Source: an uncultured Gammaproteobacteria bacterium (lineage in GTDB: Bacteria > Patescibacteriota > Microgenomatia > Levybacterales > UBA12049). From it: a stretch of DNA of 64,000 bases. A model generated the notes under the pieces. That model had not been told where the DNA came from, made no database searches, and saw only the letters and a program-made list of their open reading frames with translations. The position numbers and the translations under genes are program-made. The stretch covers positions 106,691 through 170,690 of the forward strand of contig CAYQEE010000002.1 in assembly GCA_964416445.1 (NCBI GenBank). The letters are read 5' to 3'. Positions 61,238 through 64,000 of this stretch are shown here, one piece after another (position 1 is the first letter of the stretch; each line of letters starts with the position of its first letter).

Positions 61238-61591
61238 TTAGTGTTTTTTGTAACCTACAAGAATTGGAAGAAGAAATGTTATAACGTAATACAGGTATAC
61301 ATCTAGCTTGTAATACCCATCAGTTGGTTTAAATACCTTAACGAGGAGAAAGTAGTCGCAAATAACAGCAATAAGTACCCATACAAGAGCTAGCAATATA
61401 TATTGCTGCAATGAGTTTAACTTGATTCGCTTAATCAGTATCCAAATGGTAATAAGTATGCCAATGGGCATAATAATCCAACCAATTAGAGAATGAGAGA
61501 CTAGCGGGAAAAGTACTATTCCAAGTATGTAACCAATGAGCCAAAGAATAAATCCCCATCCAAATGCAGCTTTGATAAATTGTTTATTCAC
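61238..61591 (-). CDS. small 4-TM membrane protein
   Basis: 117 aa, four hydrophobic helices. Confidence 0.4.
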   Translation of the reverse strand: MNKQFIKAAFGWGFILWLIGYILGIVLFPLVSHSLIGWIIMPIGILITIWILIKRIKLNSLQQYILLALVWVLIAVICDYFLLVKVFKPTDGYYKLDVYLYYVITFLLPILVGYKKH

Positions 61592-61745
61592 ATAATAATG
61601 TTACCACAAGGAACTTCTTATGCTAGTGATTGACATCACAGTTGTAATTGAGGCTGAAAATGATGCTCCGCACGTGGGACACTATCGGAACCGAACAGTG
61701 GCTTCGGGAAGTGTGGTTTAGAGTTAACTATCAAATTGATTTAGT

Positions 61746-62234
61746 TTATTTTACCTCACTGGCAAGAATGTAATCTTCATCTTCAGTAGGTGGCTGCCAT
61801 TGCAAAAGATAGTTGTCCAACATTTCTCGACTAATCTTAAACGACTCTTTCGTGAGATTATTGTTTCTACCCAGTACCCTTTCTCGTATCATTTCTATAG
61901 GAGTCTCCACATAGTACATTACTACTTTAGCACCAATTGTATCTGCTCTTCTCCTCATCTCATCTCGTGTTTCTCTTTCCCAAAAACCCTCATCTATAAT
62001 GACATCAACACCTTTCTCGGCAAGCTGGAAGGCAACATCCCTTGATAAGTCGATGATTTTACGATCCCACTCTGCATATCCATCGATTTTAGGGTCATTT
62101 CCTATTAAACTAATTGACCACTCATCTTTCGTGATTTTCACTGCACCTGTTTGTTCTTCTAGTTTCTTTGCAAAAGTAGTTTTACCTGATCCGATAAAAC
62201 CACAAATTAGATAAACGGTGGATTTTTTATTCAT
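61746..62234 (-). CDS. P-loop kinase-like ATPase (AAA_33-like)
   Basis: Walker A GFIGSGKTT. Start taken at MNKKST (62234); the ORF track extends to 62348. Confidence 0.5.
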   Translation of the reverse strand: MNKKSTVYLICGFIGSGKTTFAKKLEEQTGAVKITKDEWSISLIGNDPKIDGYAEWDRKIIDLSRDVAFQLAEKGVDVIIDEGFWERETRDEMRRRADTIGAKVVMYYVETPIEMIRERVLGRNNNLTKESFKISREMLDNYLLQWQPPTEDEDYILASEVK

Positions 62235-62280
62235 GAGAAAATTATACCAGAAGTCCGTGTAGTGAACTAAACAAGCAAAA

Positions 62281-62300
62281 ATGCTCCCACTGGTAGATAT
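62281..62300. repeat. 20-nt motif ATGCTCCCACTGGTAGATAT (copy 1), upstream of the minus-strand ATPase gene
   Basis: Near-identical copy at 63705..63724 (ATGCTCCCACTGGCAGACAT). Confidence 0.4.
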
Positions 62301-62416
62301 ATTCCGAAACGGAAAAATTGAAATTGATTCTCTTCTTGAGGGTTTCAAGGCTCTTTATGCGAATTTTAATATCCAAATTTCAGCGTGTAATTGATTTTAG
62401 AGCTAATGATATATCC

Positions 62417-62986
62417 TCATTGCTTCTTTACAACACGAGGATCAGGGATAAACCAGATTATAGTTACCAAAGCAATCAAACCATATGAGATCCAAGAATT
62501 TATGAATGCCATATATACAGCAAAGGCATAACATGCAAGAGACATCCAGCCTTTTATATCACTCCCTAACGCTTTAGCAAGACTAGAATCTTTCCCTTGA
62601 TGTTTTATGATTGCTCGCTCAAGCAAAGTGTAAGCAATTGCTGAAGAAAAAAGTATAAAAGAATAAGAAGCAGTCGGTATAGGTTTTGCAAGATTATTCC
62701 CTAACCATTCAGTTGCAAACGGTATAAAGGAGAGCCAAAAAAGTAGATGCATATTCGCCCACATCACCCATCCATTTACACTACTTGTTGCTCGTATTAA
62801 GTGATGATGATTATTCCAATATGTTGCTATTGTTTGAAAACTCCAAGCATAAATCAAGATGAAAGGAACTAAAGATATAAGAGAAGACAAAGATGCTGTG
62901 GATGGAATGCGTAGACCAAGAACGGTAATAGTAATAATAATAGCAAGTACGCCATCGCTAAAGGCTTCAAGTCTTGAAGGATTCAT
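62417..62986 (-). CDS. DUF1211 / TMEM175-like membrane protein (putative K+ channel family)
   Basis: RLEAFSDGVLAIIITITVL signature at the N-terminus, with 6 predicted TMs. Confidence 0.6.
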   Translation of the reverse strand: MNPSRLEAFSDGVLAIIITITVLGLRIPSTASLSSLISLVPFILIYAWSFQTIATYWNNHHHLIRATSSVNGWVMWANMHLLFWLSFIPFATEWLGNNLAKPIPTASYSFILFSSAIAYTLLERAIIKHQGKDSSLAKALGSDIKGWMSLACYAFAVYMAFINSWISYGLIALVTIIWFIPDPRVVKKQ

Positions 62987-63008
62987 AGAATATGTTCCTC
63001 TATAGTCA

Positions 63009-63623
63009 CTATCTTTTTAAAATTTTGAATGCGATATCTCTTCCATACTTTTGCATAATTGCAAGGTCTATCCAAGACTTTGCGAAGTCTTCAAGAAGCT
63101 GTACCTTTTCGTTGCCTCCAAAGTCATATACTTCTCCAAAACCAATTTCTTGTGCTAATTTCTTTACTATCTCTTTCCCTTTTTGGCTATCCCCTGCTGT
63201 AAACATATCAATTTTTATATTGTTAAAATTGGGGTTTACCATATTTTCTGCTCCTGTTGTATTAAATCCTTTCACAATATCCCTACAGTTTGTTAGGGCA
63301 ACAAGAGCTTCAAATCCGTTGGTATATCCTTCTGGTTTGGTCATAACGACATTCGTTGTATCAATAATTATTTTCCCCGAGACATCACCTAATTCTTTTG
63401 CAGTATCTACCATTGCCGCAGCAGGGACAGAAACAACGACAACTTCTGCTTTTCCTACTGCTTCTTTCACAGGGAGTGCAAAAATAGAAGTATTATTTAC
63501 CAGCTCTTTGCCTTTAAAATTGTGCACTTCTCTAACACCTAAATAAATGATATGTCCAACCTCTGCAAATCTTTTTGCTAAAGTACCTCCCACATTTCCA
63601 GAACCAATGATTGCAATATTCAT
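63009..63623 (-). CDS. NAD(P)-binding oxidoreductase (F420-dependent NADP reductase-like / ProC-like Rossmann fold)
   Basis: IAIIGSGNVGGTLA dinucleotide-binding motif. Confidence 0.6.
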   Translation of the reverse strand: MNIAIIGSGNVGGTLAKRFAEVGHIIYLGVREVHNFKGKELVNNTSIFALPVKEAVGKAEVVVVSVPAAAMVDTAKELGDVSGKIIIDTTNVVMTKPEGYTNGFEALVALTNCRDIVKGFNTTGAENMVNPNFNNIKIDMFTAGDSQKGKEIVKKLAQEIGFGEVYDFGGNEKVQLLEDFAKSWIDLAIMQKYGRDIAFKILKR

Positions 63624-63704
63624 AACATGTATAGTATACCAGAAGTTCTAAAGCAAATTAAAAAACTAGGCATGGGCCTTGAGGCTAATTGAGGCTAAAA
63701 TAAA

Positions 63705-63724
63705 TGCTCCCACTGGCAGACATG
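63705..63724. repeat. 20-nt motif ATGCTCCCACTGGCAGACAT (copy 2), upstream of the minus-strand oxidoreductase gene
   Basis: 18 of 20 identical to copy 1. Both copies sit 45-80 nt upstream of minus-strand starts. Confidence 0.4.
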
Positions 63725-63810
63725 TTTAGGAAAAGAGAGATAGAGATAGATATTAGTTTAACCAATATAAAAACACTTTATGAAACCTTCAATCTCAGTG
63801 CTGCAATTTA

Positions 63811-64000
63811 ATCAAATAACCAGTTAAGAAGCTTATTTTCTATGTTTGCCCTTATAGCTAAGTCAGTAACTTGTCCAACCTTATGCTTTGCTAATAGAAC
63901 GTTCCCATCTGCTCTAGTAGCTTGAGATAGAACTGCTCTCATAGGCTTTTCATATTTCTTATCAAGAAAAACACAGTGTGCAATACTAATGGCCTCATTG
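63811..64000 (-). CDS. C-terminal fragment of an unidentified protein; the 5' part is outside the window
   Basis: The minus frame is open from the window edge to the stop at 63811-63813 (...KHKVGQVTDLAIRANIENKLLNWLFD*). Confidence 0.25.

Noticed and set aside
62992-63546. 184-aa plus-strand ORF
   Set aside because: Entirely antisense to the well-supported minus-strand Rossmann oxidoreductase gene. Low-complexity product. Similar antisense ORFs (6217..6603, 30856..31248, 30941..31360, 17357..17647, 21359..21661) were rejected for the same reason.
1-64000. Searched for CRISPR arrays, rRNA genes, transposase/integrase genes, IS inverted repeats and prophage signatures
   Set aside because: No regular repeat-spacer arrays, no rRNA-like conserved stretches, and no transposase, integrase or phage structural motifs were found in any frame.

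Overview
Low-GC (about one-third G+C by eye), gene-dense bacterial chromosomal window, mostly minus-strand operons. The core content is amino-acid and cofactor biosynthesis, all called from protein motifs and gene order read from the six-frame track:

- serA(3' end)-serC
- a folate operon folP-folB-folE-folK preceded by two HAD phosphatases, a 5'-3' exonuclease and ftsH
- MutY-like glycosylase, trpS, tgt and a tRNA-Met(CAU)
- an ilv supraoperon ilvB / ilvH::aminotransferase fusion / ilvC / [leader] / ilvA / ilvD / avtA / tandem-NBD ABC ATPase
- a plus-strand suf operon (DUF1858-like, sufC, sufB, short sufD, sufS, sufU)
- ilvE, then leuA-leuC-leuD-leuB
- a thr operon aspartokinase-hom-[P-loop kinase]-thrC
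- further on: a two-component pair, transporters, a large surface protein and an AT-rich stretch of small unknown genes

The main result of the hunt is a dense set of transcription-attenuation elements read directly from the sequence:

- three leader-peptide attenuators with regulatory-codon runs: ilvB (LLVVIT), leuA (LLLGLSLL) and ilvA (ISIIAI)
- a thr control region that appears to place a T-box riboswitch (UGGAACC antiterminator bulge, own terminator) in tandem with a Thr/Ile-rich leader-peptide attenuator (ISISITTIT)

All of these use TTGACx-N17/18-TAgAAT promoters and end in terminators whose U-tract runs directly into the start codon. A shikimate-kinase-fold P-loop kinase sits where homoserine kinase (thrB) should be. 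No CRISPR array, rRNA or obvious mobile element was seen.
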